DNA of 64,000 nt from Podospora anserina (Eukaryota). This document shows positions 1 through 13,230 of the stretch, in pieces. The notes under the pieces were generated by a model. It ran no database searches, was not told the DNA's origin, and worked only from the letters and a program-made list of their open reading frames with translations. Positions within the stretch are counted from its first letter, which is position 1. The number at the start of each line of letters is the position of its first letter. A program made the position numbers and the translations under genes. The stretch covers positions 248,001-312,000 of the forward strand of contig CM030335.1 of the NCBI GenBank assembly GCA_017654855.1, in the 5' to 3' direction.

Positions 1-325
1 TCTTGATTCTCTGGGCATCTCTTCTGACTTTGGCCGCGTATTTGTCCACCAATATTTGCAAAGCCGACTCCTCCAACTGGCGCTCGAATTCTTCGGGACT
101 GAGTTCCTTCGCTTTGGGTGCGTTGGTCGTGTTGGTGGTGCCGGCGGCTTGCGGGGCATCTTTCGCGTCAGCGGCTGGCGGGGCGACGGCATCGTCACCT
201 TTGCCGGCCGGGGTGTCGGCGGCAGCTTCGGCGGGGTCTGCTCTGGGCTTGGATGCGATGGAAGTGGTCGCAAAGCCGCGAGCCGGGTTCGCGGCCGGCT
301 TCTTTGTCTTTTTCTTGCCGGCCAT
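1..325 (-). CDS. 5' end (partial) of a putative DEAH-box ATP-dependent RNA helicase, DHX29/YLR419W-like
   Basis: Open frame from ATG at 325 running off the window edge: MAGKKKTKKPAANPARGFATTSIASKP...LSPEEFERQLEESALQILVDKYAAKVRRDAQRIK. Matches my recollection of this helicase family's N-terminus in filamentous fungi; the helicase core is outside the window. Not in the ORF track. Confidence 0.65.
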   Translation of the reverse strand, partial: MAGKKKTKKPAANPARGFATTSIASKPRADPAEAAADTPAGKGDDAVAPPAADAKDAPQAAGTTNTTNAPKAKELSPEEFERQLEESALQILVDKYAAKVRRDAQRIK

Positions 326-1152
326 GCTGTAAGTATGGGGTGCTGTGTGAAAGAAGTTGCGAGGAAAACACAGCAAAGCGAGAGGACGGCCGGCGATATT
401 ATGGGATGTTGGCGCTGACTGACACTGAGGACGGCCCTGAAATTTCTCGACTCAGCCTGCTTGATTAACGGGCAAAACACGACCGCCTGCCAGATTCAGG
501 TGGAGCACCCCACCGCTGCGATGGGGTCGCTATTCCAGCTGGGCATTCCGGCCAGCGCGACGGAGGGACAAGAGTCGTGGTTTGCCCTGAGCTGTGGTAG
601 TCGCTGTCGCAAATTGACCGGGCTTCAAGGGTTTCAGGTAGCAAAGGCAAAGTAAGTAGGCGGTGATTCGGGAGAGACGTTTGAAGCTTGGAAACAGCGG
701 GTTTGAAGTTCGAGAATGGGTCAATCGTTGTTCTGATTGCGCCAAAGGAGTGCTATTGAATCGCAAAGGGTACCTACCTACATAGCTGTAGGTTCGAAGT
801 GGGCAAAAAAGATGAAGCTCCCAAGCAAATGTGAGACAGCTCTGCCGCCGTTGGATCGTTGGATAGGGGCGGGGTGCGGGGCAGTTTGAAGAATTCCGGG
901 CACTCACGCACTGTGTTTAGCGTAATAATACTGATGGAAAGCACAGTGCCAATAATTACCAGCCAGCTTGGGTGTGGCAGCTGCAGAGCAGCCCACTTTG
1001 GGCGAAATGTGAGTCGTCGCCGAAAAACAGTCCGTGAGGTGGACAGTGACATTTCAGGAACAGCCTTCTAGAAGCAACATATCACGGCCAGCGTCTTCAT
1101 TTTTCCCTCTCCAATCTCTCCAAAATCGACTGCGGGACTGGGCCGCCCGACC

Positions 1153-1200
1153 ATGTCATTATACGACCCATTACTTGAACACCACATCCAACATGTCTGA
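1153..1200 (+). promoter_or_regulatory. Candidate uORF (MSLYDPLLEHHIQHV*) overlapping the GCN1 start codon out of frame
   Basis: accATG at 1153 (A at -3); TGA at 1198-1200 lies past the GCN1 ATG at 1193. It sits downstream of a CT-rich tract (about 1095-1120), so it is probably in the 5'UTR. Confidence 0.45.
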
Positions 1201-4200
1201 AGCTGCCACTGCCTCTGCCAACGCCTCGTCGAGCGACTTTGACCTCAAGCACGCAAAGACGGCCCTGACCCTCTCGTCCACAACCGCCAGAATCGCCCAA
1301 TTGCGCGCCATTGACGAGAAGATTGCCCATAAATGTGAGCACCGGTTCCCGTCTGTCCCTAGCAGCAAGTGGTCAAGTGGTGTGGTCAGCTAATCTAACC
1401 CTGTCTGTCTCTTCGGCTGTGGACAGCTCTCGACAAGCCCTCTACTCTAGGCCTCCTCAAGGTCATATTCTGGACCCATGCGTTTTACACCGATAAGCAC
1501 TCTCGACACGCCGTACAGCGATGTCTTGTCTCGATCTGCAAAACAGGGGAAGCCGATGTCCTCGCCCCACTAGTGGCCGCCGTGAAGCAGGAGATCCAGA
1601 AACCCGGAATTGCGCCAGGAAATGCGTTTGTGCTGCTGGAATGGTGCAACCTATTGATTGATAACCTCGCCGGGACAACGCTCTGGGAGAAGTTTGGGAA
1701 CGACATTATTCAAGCAACAGCCGATGGCCTCGACAAATGTCTTCAGGCCACCGCGAGGGACAGCGTGGGGAGGTCGGCGCTGGTCATCACTCGGAGGGGG
1801 TTCAGGAAAATTGTTTCAGCCGATATCAAGGCCGTCGAGGCTGCCATCAAGCTTCTCACAACCAAAGGAACACAATCAACCGCCAAAAATGCTGCCTTGC
1901 TGGGCGTGATTGCCGGTGTGTGCTCACGAAAACCCGAGGCTAAACCCATTGTCGAAAGCGCAAAGAGCCTATACATTACCTTTTACACACGCGAGATTGT
2001 TGGATCAAGAACGCCAGTCCCCAAACACATCGCCAATGGTCTGAGTGACTTTTTCTCAGCCTTCGTGACGGTTGAGGATCTCGACAAGGACGTTTTTCCA
2101 GCTCTGGAAAAGGGTCTGCTGAGAGCCCCTGAAGTGGTGCTGAACGATCTTATCACGCCCCTGGTTCGGTCTCTCCCTGGTTTCGACCTGTCCAAGGCAC
2201 TCAGTGGGCGATTCACAAAACCACTACTCTCCAACCTCAAGTCTTCTAATGCTGCGATTCGCACTGGGGCTGTGTCGGCATTCAAAGCGCTCGCCACGAG
2301 CTCCAAGGATCTCACCGAGGTGGAAAAGTCTGCTGATGAAGTGCTCACTCCTCTAAAGGGGGGAAAGCTCGCCTCTGCCGAGCACAGGGTTCTTCACTCG
2401 GAAATCCTTGTTGCTTTGCCTACCTCCACATCTATCGCAACCAAGATTGCCACTGGGCTCCCTACCGTTGTGGGCAAGGAGGCCAACGAAGCCGCCCTGA
2501 GCGCCGAAACTCTTGCTCTCAACGCCAGTGCTATTTCTTTGCTTACCGGGTCTGAAGTTCCAAAAGCGCTGGTTGACGTTTACGCCAAGGGGCTGGCAGA
2601 CAAGAAGTTCCCCGTCCGTCGGATTTGGATTCTTCGAACCGGCGAGGTGCTGCGGAGCATTCCCCAAGATACCGAAGCAGGGCTTCCTGCGGGTTTCATC
2701 ACGTTCGCTGAAGCTGTGGTGCCACCACTTTTGGCTACCTTCAACGAGGTTGTCGCCAACTCTACCACCGCTTCGCAAAACGGCATTGTAACTGGCGCGC
2801 TTGTCGTCTGCGGCCTCGCACCGCTGTTCCACAGGTTGCAGAGCGCCAAGCTGCAGGAGGCCATCAAGAAGGCGGCTATCGAGAAGAACAGTTTGGCGTT
2901 TGAGCCAAAGCCGTCCTACTTGCTCGTCCCAAGAATCTACGGCAAGTTCACTGGAGATGATCTCGAGTGGCTTACCCGCGCGCTCTCCAGCACCGCCTCT
3001 ACCCTGGCTTCTAGCAACGCTGCCGCGAGACTAGCCTGGGCGCAAGCATACATCTATGTGATTTGCTCCACCGTCACTACTCCTGCGGTAAGACGCCAGG
3101 CCATGGATAGTCTGACCGAGCTCTGTGTAAAGACAGCTGGTTCGGAAGAGTTGTCTATCGCCGCGGAGATTATCAACGGCTTGTGGCAGTGGATCGAAGC
3201 TCTCGAGACGGGCGACAAGGAAACAGCCGCTGTTCTTTCCAAGTCGGAAACGACCAACCTTCACCTGGTACTCAAGGCCATTTGCCTGAGCCCAGAACGG
3301 GCTGGACCTGAGGTCGACAAGACCAAACTGGAGACGCAAATGTGCTCTCTGCTCGTCTTGGCCAAGCCCAATCTTATCCCACGTGCGAGCTGGATTGAGC
3401 TTTGCCTGAGAGTCCAGCTTGATCCTGGTGAGCTCGCCAGAAAATACGACCACCGGCTCATCGACGAGATTGTTCAGAGGACTGGCTTCGAGCAAAAGTC
3501 AGAGGCCGTCAAGGCCGCAGCGTACAATGCGGCTGCCGAGCTCGTCTTTGTTGCCCCTGAAACCATGACTTCACGCATCGTTGACCTCATTCAACAAGAC
3601 CTGGATGTCGCCGCGGTTGAGGCCGTCGGTCCTCTCGAAGCTGCCATCTTCCGCACCCCTGAAGGGACTGCATTTGTCGACGTTTTGGCCAAGAAACAAA
3701 ACACGGTTCCCAACAAGAACACCAAGGATTATGACACATTGAAGTGGGAGCAGGAGCTCAGAGAACAGCTCGCTCAAAAGAAGGGTACTCAAAAGAAGCT
3801 CACTGCCGACGAGACAGCCAAGGTGAACGCCCAGCTCAAGAAAGAGGCGGAGGTCCGGAACTCTGTCCGCCAGACTGCTGCCAAGTTGATTCGGGGCTTC
3901 GGCATTGTCAAGAGTCTGGCCACAGGCCCACCAACAGATGCCAGCCGCTGGATCGGAGCGGCCGTCAAGGCAACCCTGGATGTTATCGATGCCGGCGCTT
4001 GCTTGATCACTGCAGAGACGGGCCCATTAGCTTTGGTCACTTGTGCCGAGCAAGTCACGAACCGACTTGGGCCCATCCGCCCCTTTATCGGGGCTGCTAC
4101 CCTCCGCGCCCATGAGGTCTCAGCACTGCCGGACACCTATACCCAAGAGCCTTTCTTTGATCTTGTTACCAGGGTGCTGTACCGCTTGCGTTTTGCTGGT

Positions 4201-7200
4201 GAGCAGCGCCCCTTTGACACGGTCTCGCTCATTTACATCCTGCCGCTCGTGCTGCTTGTCCTGGAGAAGGGGGGTTTTGGCGCCACCGCTGAGGATCGCG
4301 ATGCCCAGGTTGTTCTCGCCATCGATATTCTCACTTTCCACACAGATGCCTCGTCGGATGAGGCGGTTCCCCGTGATCAAATCATTGCCACGCTGATTGC
4401 GTCGATGCAAAAGTACAACCAGCACTACAAGATCATCAAGGATTGCTTTGCCGACATGGTGCGCTGTGTTGCCCCCAACATCACTCCTGAAGAAATTGCA
4501 ATCCTGTCTCGCGGTGCCGTTGTTTCTCAAACAAGCGTGCGGTCTGCGGTGCTGCAGTCCATCAGCGCCGATGTGGACATGAGCGATCTTGAGGTCTCGG
4601 AAGAGATCTGGCTCGCCTGCCACGACGACGTGGAAGAGAACGTTGATACTGCTCGCGAGATTTGGGAGGAGAGTGAGTTCAAGGTGACCGAAGAGCTCGC
4701 TCACAAGATGCTGCCCTACTTGGAAAGCAAGGATGCGCAGCTTCGCCGCGCCGCTGCCAGATCGCTTGCCGAGGCTGCCAGCCAACACCCCAATGTCATC
4801 AACCCTATTCTTGAGAAGCTCAGGGCATCTTACAGCGAGCTAGCGAAGCCTCGCGTGCAGCTGCTGGATGAGTTTGGCATGCCCAAGAAGATGGACCTGA
4901 CGGATCCTTGGGAGGCTAGACATGGTATTGCCCTCGCATTCAAGGATATTGCACCACATTTGCAAAAGAACCAGCTCGAGCCATTCTTTGCCTATCTCAT
5001 CGAGCAAGGGCCGCTCGGTGACCGAAACGGCAATGTACGTGCGGAAATGCTCGAGGCTGCCAACATTGCCATCGAAATTCACGGCAAGGGCATTCTTGAC
5101 AATCTCATGAAGACGTTTGAAAAGACGCTCGAGGCGCCTGACAAGCACTCTGAGGCGGCAGACCGTGTCAACGAGGCTGTTATCATCATGTATGGTGCTC
5201 TTGCCCGCCATCTCAAGCACGGCGACAAGAAGATCCCGGTTGTCATTGAGCGCCTGCTTTCGACGCTCAGCACCCCGTCCGAAACTGTGCAGTATGCCAT
5301 TGCCGAGTGCCTCCCTCCCCTGGTTCGTATTTCGGGTGACAAGTCGTCCAAGTACTTCGACCAGATGCTCGAGGTTTTGATGACGTCTCAGAAGTACCCT
5401 GAGCAGCGCGGTGCTGCCTACGGTCTGGCTGGTCTTGTCCAGGGCAGGGGCATTGCTGTGCTGAAGGAGTATCGCATCCTGGTTACCCTTCACAGCTGCC
5501 TCGAGAACAAGAAGGATGTCCGTCAGCGCGAGTCTGCCCTACTGGCTTATGAATTGCTGTCAACCATTCTGGGCCGTGTCTTTGAGCCCTATGTCATCCA
5601 GATCGTGCCCCAGCTTCTCGCCGGGTTCGGTGATGCCAACGCGGATGTGCGTGAGGCTGCTCTGGCTGCTGCCAAGGCCTGCTTTGCCAAGCTGAGCTCG
5701 TATGGTGTTAAGCAGATTTTGCCCACACTCCTCAGAGGTCTTGACGACGATCAGTGGCGTAGCAAAAAGGGAGCTTGCGATCTGTTGGGTGCCATGGCGT
5801 ACCTGGACCCTCAACAGCTGGCTCAGAGTCTTCCCGAGATTATCCCACCACTGACGGCTGTCCTCAACGACAGTCACAAGGAGGTGCGGTCTGCAGCCAA
5901 CAAGAGTTTGAAGAGATTTGGCGAGGTCATCACCAACCCCGAGATTCACAGCTTGGTCGATGTTCTCCTCAAGGCCCTCAGTGATGCCACCAAGTATACC
6001 GACACTGCTCTCGATGCGCTCATCAAGGTGCAGTTCGTGCATTACCTCGACGCGCCTTCGCTGGCTCTTGTCAGCCGTATCTTGGAGCGTGGTTTGGCCG
6101 ATCGTTCCAACACCAAGCGCAAGGCGGCCCAGGTCATTGGCAGCTTGGCCCATCTTACCGAGCGCAAGGATTTGGTCTCTCATCTGCCTGTGCTCGTGGC
6201 TGGTCTCAAGCTTGCTATTGTTGATCCTGTGCCTACCACCCGTGCCACAGCTTCCCGCGCCCTCGGTTCACTTGTTGAGAAGCTGGGCGAGGATGCGCTG
6301 CCAGATCTTATTCCCGGTCTTATGCAGACGCTCAAGTCCGATACTGGTGCGGGCGACAGACTTGGTTCTGCCCAGGCGCTCAGTGAGGTCCTTGCTGGTC
6401 TTGGTACTTCGAGATTGGAGGAGACCTTGCCTACCATTCTGCAAAATGTCGAGTCTGCCAAGGCCTCGGTCCGCGAGGGCTTCATGTCGCTGTTCATCTT
6501 CTTGCCCGTGTGCTTCGGCAACAGCTTCGCCAACTATCTCGGCAAGATCATCCCGCCTATCTTGTCTGGTCTTGCGGATGATGTTGAGAGCATCAGAGAA
6601 ACAGCTCTCCGTGCTGGTCGCCTTCTGGTCAAGAACTTTGCAGTTCGTGCGGTTGACTTGCTCCTTCCTGAGCTTGAGCGTGGTCTTGCTGACGATAGCT
6701 ACCGCATCCGTCTCAGCTCTGTTGAGTTGGTCGGTGATTTGTTGTTCAACTTGGCTGGTATCAAAGCCAATGCCGAGGAGGACGAGGAGGAGGATCAGGA
6801 TGCTACCAAGGAGGCCGGTGCGTCTCTCCGTGAGGTTCTCGGGGATGAGAAGCGGAACAAGATTCTCTCGGCGCTGTATGTCTGCAGATGTGATACCGCG
6901 GGTGCGGTGCGGTCGGCGGCTATCAGTGTCTGGAAGGCGTTGGTGCACAGTCCCAGAACCCTCAAGGAGCTGGTACCAACGCTCACGCAGCTTATTATTC
7001 GGCGGTTGGGCAGCTCCAACATGGAGCACAAGGTCATTGCTAGCAACGCCCTTGGTGAACTTATCAGGAAGGCTGGAGATGGTGTGCTGGCTACCTTGTT
7101 GCCTACGCTGGAGGAGGGCTTGCAGACGTCGAGTGATGTGGACGCCAAGCAGGGCATCTGCCTTGCGCTCAAGGAGCTCATCTCTTCTGCCTCTCCAGAA

Positions 7201-9384
7201 GCGCTGGAGGACCACGAGAAGACGCTCATTTCTGTTGTCCGCACGGCTCTCACCGACTCGGATGATGAGGTTCGCGAGGCAGCGGCCGAGGCATTTGACT
7301 CGCTGCAGCAGATCCTCGGCAAGCGTGCGATTGATCAGGTGCTGCCGTATCTGCTCAACCTGCTGCGGTCCGACGAGGATGCTGACAATGCTCTCGCGGC
7401 ACTGCTCACGTTGCTCACCGAGACGACGCGCTCCAACATCATTCTGCCCAACCTCATCCCGACGCTCATCGCGCCGCCTATTTCGGCCTTTAACGCAAAG
7501 GCGTTGGCGAGCCTGTCCAAGGTGGCCGGTCCGGCTATGAACCGCCGTCTGCCAAACATCATCAACTCGCTCATGGACAACATTATCAACTGCACCGAGG
7601 ACGACCTCAGGGAGGACCTCGACAACTCGTTCGACACGGTGCTGCTGTCTATTGACGAGTATGACGGGCTCAATGTGGTGATGAACGTGCTGTTGCAGCT
7701 CACCAAGCACGAAGATCACCGCAAGAGATCGGCCACCGCTCGCCACTTGGCCAAGTTCTTCGCCGAGGCCGACGTGGACTACTCGAGATATAACCAGGAC
7801 ATCATCCGGGCGCTGCTGATCTCGTTTGACGATCGTGACAAGGAAGTCGTCCGGTCCGCGTGGAGCGCCCTGAGCGAGTTCACCAAGCGGCTCAAGAAGG
7901 AGGAGATGGAGGCGCTGGTCCCGTCGACAAGACAGACGCTCCTCCACGTGGGCGTTGCGGGGGCCAACCTACCTGGTTTCGAGCTGCCCAAGGGCATCAA
8001 CGCCATCTTGCCCATCTTCTTGCAGGGTCTCATGAACGGCACGACAGAACAGAGGGTCAGCGCCGCGCTGGCCATCTCCGACGTGGTGGACAGGACGAGC
8101 GAGGCGGCGCTCAAGCCGTTTGTCACACAGATCACCGGCCCGCTCATCCGTGTTGTGTCTGAGCGGTCGACCGAGGTCAAGTCGGCGATTTTGCTTACGC
8201 TGAATAACTTGTTGGAGAAGATGCCGGCGGCGCTGAAGCCGTTCTTGCCGCAGCTGCAGAGGACGTTTGCCAAGAGTTTGGCGGACACGTCGAGCGAGCA
8301 GTTGAGGAGCAGGGCGGCGAAGGCGCTGGGGACGCTAATCAAGTTTACGCCGAGGGTTGACCCGCTGATTGCGGAGTTGGTGACGGGTTCGAAGACGAGC
8401 GATACCGGGGTCAAGACGGCCATGCTCAAGGCGCTGTATGAGGTTGTTAGCCGGGCGGGAGGCAACATGGGTGAGGGGTCGAGGCAGGCGATCCTGGGGA
8501 TGATTGACGGGGGGGATGAGCTGGACGAGAGGGACAGCGGGATGGTGATTACGCATGCGAAGCTGTTTGGGGCGTTGGTCAGGAACGTCAGTGTGGAAGT
8601 GGCCGGGGGGTTGTTGAGGAACAGGGTACTGAAGGGAGGGGAAGGGGGTTTGATGGGGGTGTTGGCGTTGAATGCAGTTCTGTTGGAGGCGGCGGGAGTG
8701 GTGGGTGAGTGTGGGCTTGGGGACGAGTTGCCCGAGGTACTTTGCGCGGGAATGGTTGGGAAGGATGTGAGTACTATTTGCTTTTGATGTCTTGTTTTGG
8801 GAGTTCGAAAAGAAGCTAACATTTGAACACAGCCGTCAATTGCGGACAATTATATCGCCGCCACGGGGAAATACCTCCTTTCTGCCGACCTCCCCAAGTC
8901 GTTTGAGAGCACCAAGCCCATCTTCACCACGCTGTCCACCATTATCCCTCCGGGCAACGCGAGCGACACGCGCCGGTTGGCGCTTGTGCTCGTCCGGACT
9001 CTGGCGCGCACCCATCCCGACATGGTCCGCCCTCACCTGAGCATCCTTGCGCCGCCCGTGTTTGCCTCGGTGAGGGACACGGTCATCCCGGTCAAGCTGG
9101 CGGCAGAGGCGGCGTTTGTGCAGCTTTTTGCCGTGGCGGACGAGGAGAGCAAGGTGTTTGACAAGTGGATTTCGGGGATGGACTTGCAGGCCAATGCGAA
9201 GAGGAGCATGCAGGATTACTTCAAGAGGGTGGCGCTGAGGTTGGGGGCGCAGGTTAGGGAGAGGAGGGAGGCGGAGGGGGGGCAGGGGGGGTTGGGGCTG
9301 TCGAATGATGAGTTGGAGGATGAGAAGGAGTTGATGGCAGTTGGGAAGGTGGATGTGGGGGGGGATGTTTTTGGGGAGGAGTAA
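1193..9384 (+). CDS. GCN1: Translational activator GCN1 (HEAT-repeat eIF2-alpha kinase activator)
   Basis: Exons 1193-1334, 1427-8766, 8833-9384; GT..AG introns with CTAAC branch points splice in frame. Long HEAT-repeat ORF with motifs such as WRSKKGACDLLGAMAY and FVHYLDAPSLALV. Confidence 0.96.
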
Positions 9385-9635
9385 GGGGGGGGTAAAAGGG
9401 TTGTGTCTACATGGTGTTACATAGGTAGTTGGGAAGGGAAAAATGTTATTTTGATGTATTTTGCTGATGGGGAGGGTGGTAGTACTTTAGTTGCTGCCTG
9501 CGTGTACTTTGAAGATCAAAAAGATTTGATGTCTCCACTTACATCTGGCAAAGGGGTGATTCAAGTGTCATGGTTTGGTTGTTGGTGACTGAACATGTGG
9601 AACGCAGTTAAAGTGTTGAGACTTGAGAGGTATAG

Positions 9636-9695
9636 TGGTGTGCTGTGTTGTATTGTGTTGTGTTGGGTTGTGTTGTGTTGTGTTGTGTTGTGTTG
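9636..9695. repeat. Imperfect (TGTTG)n pentanucleotide microsatellite
   Basis: About 12 units of tgttg and variants downstream of the GCN1 stop. Confidence 0.85.
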
Positions 9696-10609
9696 CTGAG
9701 GTAAAGAAAAGCCTAGAATTTCACCGTTGAGGACTCGGGATATGTTTGATGTTTAATAAACTCTAGGGGACAGTTGAGTGACAGTTGGAGCATCCTGGAT
9801 GGCTTTCCAAAAGAGAATCATCTGTTGGCGGCAAATGATGGTAGAAAAGTGTTGAGAAGGTATATGTAGTACTCTTTTTTGAATTCACATTGCAGGCTAT
9901 TGACTTTAAATTGTAGACGACGTGTATGCATGTGGGTTGGCTGTTAGGGTGTGGAAATGGGAGTGTGGTATTTGAGGAGAAACTAAATGAAGAATAGCAT
10001 CCGAGACAACTGGCAGGGGTGATAGAAGGGGATTGAGGTGTTGGGGACGGGAGTCGGGTTTTTGAAGGTGGCTGTTAATAATTATTTTGCTGTGTTGCCA
10101 TGGGCAAGTATGTTTGTCAGGAGAAGACTGCATCCATGGCTTCGATATGTTTGAGTAGGGTGGAAGACGGGCCTCATTTGAGTATCTACCTCCTCGCGAT
10201 TAAAGGTTCGAGGTCCATGATTGCAAAAGTGTTGATATAATGTTTTCTGGTGGAATGCCTGTTTTGGCATCTGATGTCAATGGGAAGCCGGGCATGCACA
10301 AAGGTCATGAAGTCATGATTTGTAAGTGCAAGTGCTTGGTGTCCAAGACCCGAGTCTGTGCCCACGGGAAAATCAGTTTCATTTTTTGTTTCTATCTTTC
10401 TCCTGGCAACTTAGGCCTTACTAACATGCTATCAGGTAATCATATCATTCAAATAGCAATAACCTGCCAATATCTGCCCCATGTCAACAGAGAGCAAGCT
10501 GATGTTGTCGTTGATGGGCGCTTGATAAGCTGATAGGAAATAAAGTGGGGGCGGGCGCATGGACCGCTGACTCCTTGCCGGAGTTGCAGCGAGCAATTGG
10601 TTGCACGCG

Positions 10610-10622
10610 TTAGGGCACGTGA
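10610..10622 (+). promoter_or_regulatory. Composite TTAGGGC (Tbf1-like) and CACGTGA (Cbf1/E-box) element upstream of a ribosomal protein gene
   Basis: TTAGGGCACGTGA about 170 bp upstream of the RPL19 ATG. Tbf1 and Cbf1 motifs are known ribosomal-protein promoter elements in non-Saccharomyces ascomycetes. Confidence 0.5.
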
Positions 10623-10785
10623 TCCACACGAACCCTTTGCCAATCGCAGCCAAATTTGCGGGCCCACCCGGGAAACCCACAAACTGGCGGCTTGAGAAAT
10701 TCTGAGGAACGAACTTCCCCTCAGCGGAAAATCCAATCCATCGACAACCTCCCATACTAACCATCTACAGCATCAATCCGTCAAG

Positions 10786-11840
10786 ATGTGAGTACCAGCC
10801 GTCATCGATCCGACCGATTCCCACCATCACAGACCTGCCACATTTCAGAGGCCGGCGAGTTTGGGGGGCACGATGGCCAACTCCTCCGTGCAAACCGAAC
10901 GAACCGCCGAAGATACAGCCCTTGTCGAATCCCCGATTTCCGTCGAGCACACACACACCTCCAGACACACGCGCCCATCGAAAAAAAATAAAATTAAAAT
11001 ACAGACAGAGCGACAAGATGCTGACGTTTTCGGCTCTGTAGGGTTAACCTGAGGACCCAGAAGCGCCTGGCGTCGTCCGTCCTGGGCTGCGGTCAGCGCA
11101 AGATTTGGCTCGACCCCAACGAGGTCAGCGAGATCTCCAACGCCAACTCCCGCCAGACGATCCGCAAGCTCGTCTCCGATGGCCTCATCATCAAGAAGCC
11201 CGTCACCATGCACTCGCGCTCTCGCGCGCGGGAGCTGAACCTCGCCCGCCGGATTGGTCGCCACCGTGGCTTCGGTAAGCGCAAGGGTACCGCCGATGCC
11301 CGTATGCCCGAGTACGTAACAACCGCCTTCGATTTCCCGGCCGAGTATCAGAATGGGAGGATAGGACTCGAAGACAGTCGGGGATATCTTTTTGGATTTT
11401 GATGCTCCGGGGGGTTAGAAGAAATGCATGACAAATCGAGCATGTGTGCTGACAACCGGTGCAGGCAGGTCCTCTGGATGCGTCGCCAGCGTGTCCTCCG
11501 CCGTCTGCTCGTCAAGTACCGCGCCAGCGGCAAGATTGACAAGCACCTCTACCACGAGCTCTACCACTCCGCCAAGGGTAACACCTTCAAGCACAAGCGT
11601 GCCCTCGTTGAGCACGTATGTTTTCCTCCATCTTGTGGGCGGTGTGTTTTGGACACATGACACTGACATTCACCCTCGCAGATTCACCGTGCCAAGGCCG
11701 AGAAGGCTCGCGAGAGACAGATCAAGGAGGAGATGGATGCCAAGCGTGCCAGAACCAAGGCTGCCCGCGAGCGCAAGCTCGAGAGACAGGCGGCGAAGAG
11801 AAACGCCCTTCTCGGCGAGGGCGAGGAGGAGTCCAAGTAG
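10786..11840 (+). CDS. RPL19: 60S ribosomal protein L19 (eL19)
   Basis: Exons 10786-10787 (AT), 11042-11311, 11465-11615, 11682-11840. Spliced product [28 protein letters not shown]...[23 protein letters not shown]...; the start codon is split AT|G by intron 1. Confidence 0.97.
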
Positions 11841-13230
11841 ATTTCTTCATCAACAATGTGAATGGACAATGGATTCTTGGCGGCCTTGCATTCGGAGTAA
11901 TGGGTTGGGCTCTTTTATGGACGCATTCTCTCTACCTCTCGGTCCTCTCTCTGCTGCCACACGCTGGACTCGCTCCCCCCCGGCCGTGCAGGTGTGTGCT
12001 GTTGTGATGGGACGTGGTCTCTCCAGACTCGAGACAAGTTCTGGCTTCCATGTTTAGGCATTGAAAAACGGAATCAATGGGTTTGCCGGGTGCGATGACA
12101 ATTATTTTCTTTTTCCCTTCGAGATATTGACAATCTGGTACATGTACAATGCTGTGCGGTTCAAGTTTGACGTGCTTGTGGGAGATGGACATGTCGAAGC
12201 AAACGAATTGGGCGAGTGATCACAAACATGGATGTACACATCATTGAGCGAAGAGGCGAGCTTCGCAAGGTCTATATCCGTCACAAGACACCACTTGGCA
12301 TCTCTGCTCAACAGTGACGCTACCTACATATCTACGCAACTATCATGGATCCTTGCCAAAAGCACGTCCGTCCCATGTTCGAAACAGAGTACAGTAGGGA
12401 TACACCAGCTACCTAGAACCAAAACACCCTAAGCTACCTTATCGGAAGCTCACGAATAACGTAATGAAATGCCCTCAACCCCAGTCCGCCCAGAGAAAAC
12501 ACAAGCAAAAGCAGTGCAAAGTATAGAGTAATAAGAACCACCTTTTGTGTCTAGTGGGTGCATCAACGTAATATTGTGGTTGGGTCAGAGGCAGTCAAAT
12601 TGTTCCGTTCAAAAGGTTGGTGAATCTGGCGCCCGGAACATGTCAGCATGTCCCCCTAAGAAGGAGGACCGAATTGCATATGTGATCGAAGCGCGCTCAT
12701 CATCCCCAATATAGTTGATTTGAAGAAGAAAAAAGAAGAAGAAAAAGGGGCCATGCTCGGAGCGGGGGGGAACTGGGAAGTAAAATACCCTTGATGTTTG
12801 TGTGGGTGCACGTGCCGCGATGCGGCTTGTGGCTGGTTGTTGAGCGTGGCTTGACAAAAGGTGGATGGTGTAATGTGGTGGGGAAAGGTCGGCGTTTGGG
12901 GGACGGACAACCGCGGGTCGGGTCGGAGTGCTTGTGGTTGGCGCTGCCCAATCAGAGAGGGGTCTAGCGGTAGGTCCCATCCATGGGTGTTGTTCGCCGC
13001 CCGTCATGTATTACTCCGGGTTTATTTCCAATCACAAACCTTGCTTTGGTTCGGTGTCATTGGTGGTTTGAGAGACGACAAAGATTATTCCTCTTGACAC
13101 CACTACCTTGCTGGAGATTCGGGAGGAGGCAATTGGTATGTTTTTTCTCTCTCTGGGTTGTGCGGGTGGTGTGGTTGCTTGTCTGACAGTGGTGGGTTTG
13201 AGTAGGAGCTCGAAACTTGACTTATATACG

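Noticed and set aside
5918..8849. Long alternative-frame and antisense ORFs inside GCN1 (540, 559 and 356 aa)
   Set aside because: Shadow ORFs expected from GC-rich codon bias of the real gene; no recognisable motifs.
9945..9958. TAGGGTGTGGAAA resembling the start of fungal 5S rRNA; also AACAGGGCTTCCCG near 51205
   Set aside because: Only 13-14 nt match and the flanks do not continue as 5S; the second hit lies inside the GH125 CDS.
10755..10770. TACTAAC...CAG upstream of the RPL19 ATG suggesting a 5'UTR intron
   Set aside because: No convincing donor site found upstream.
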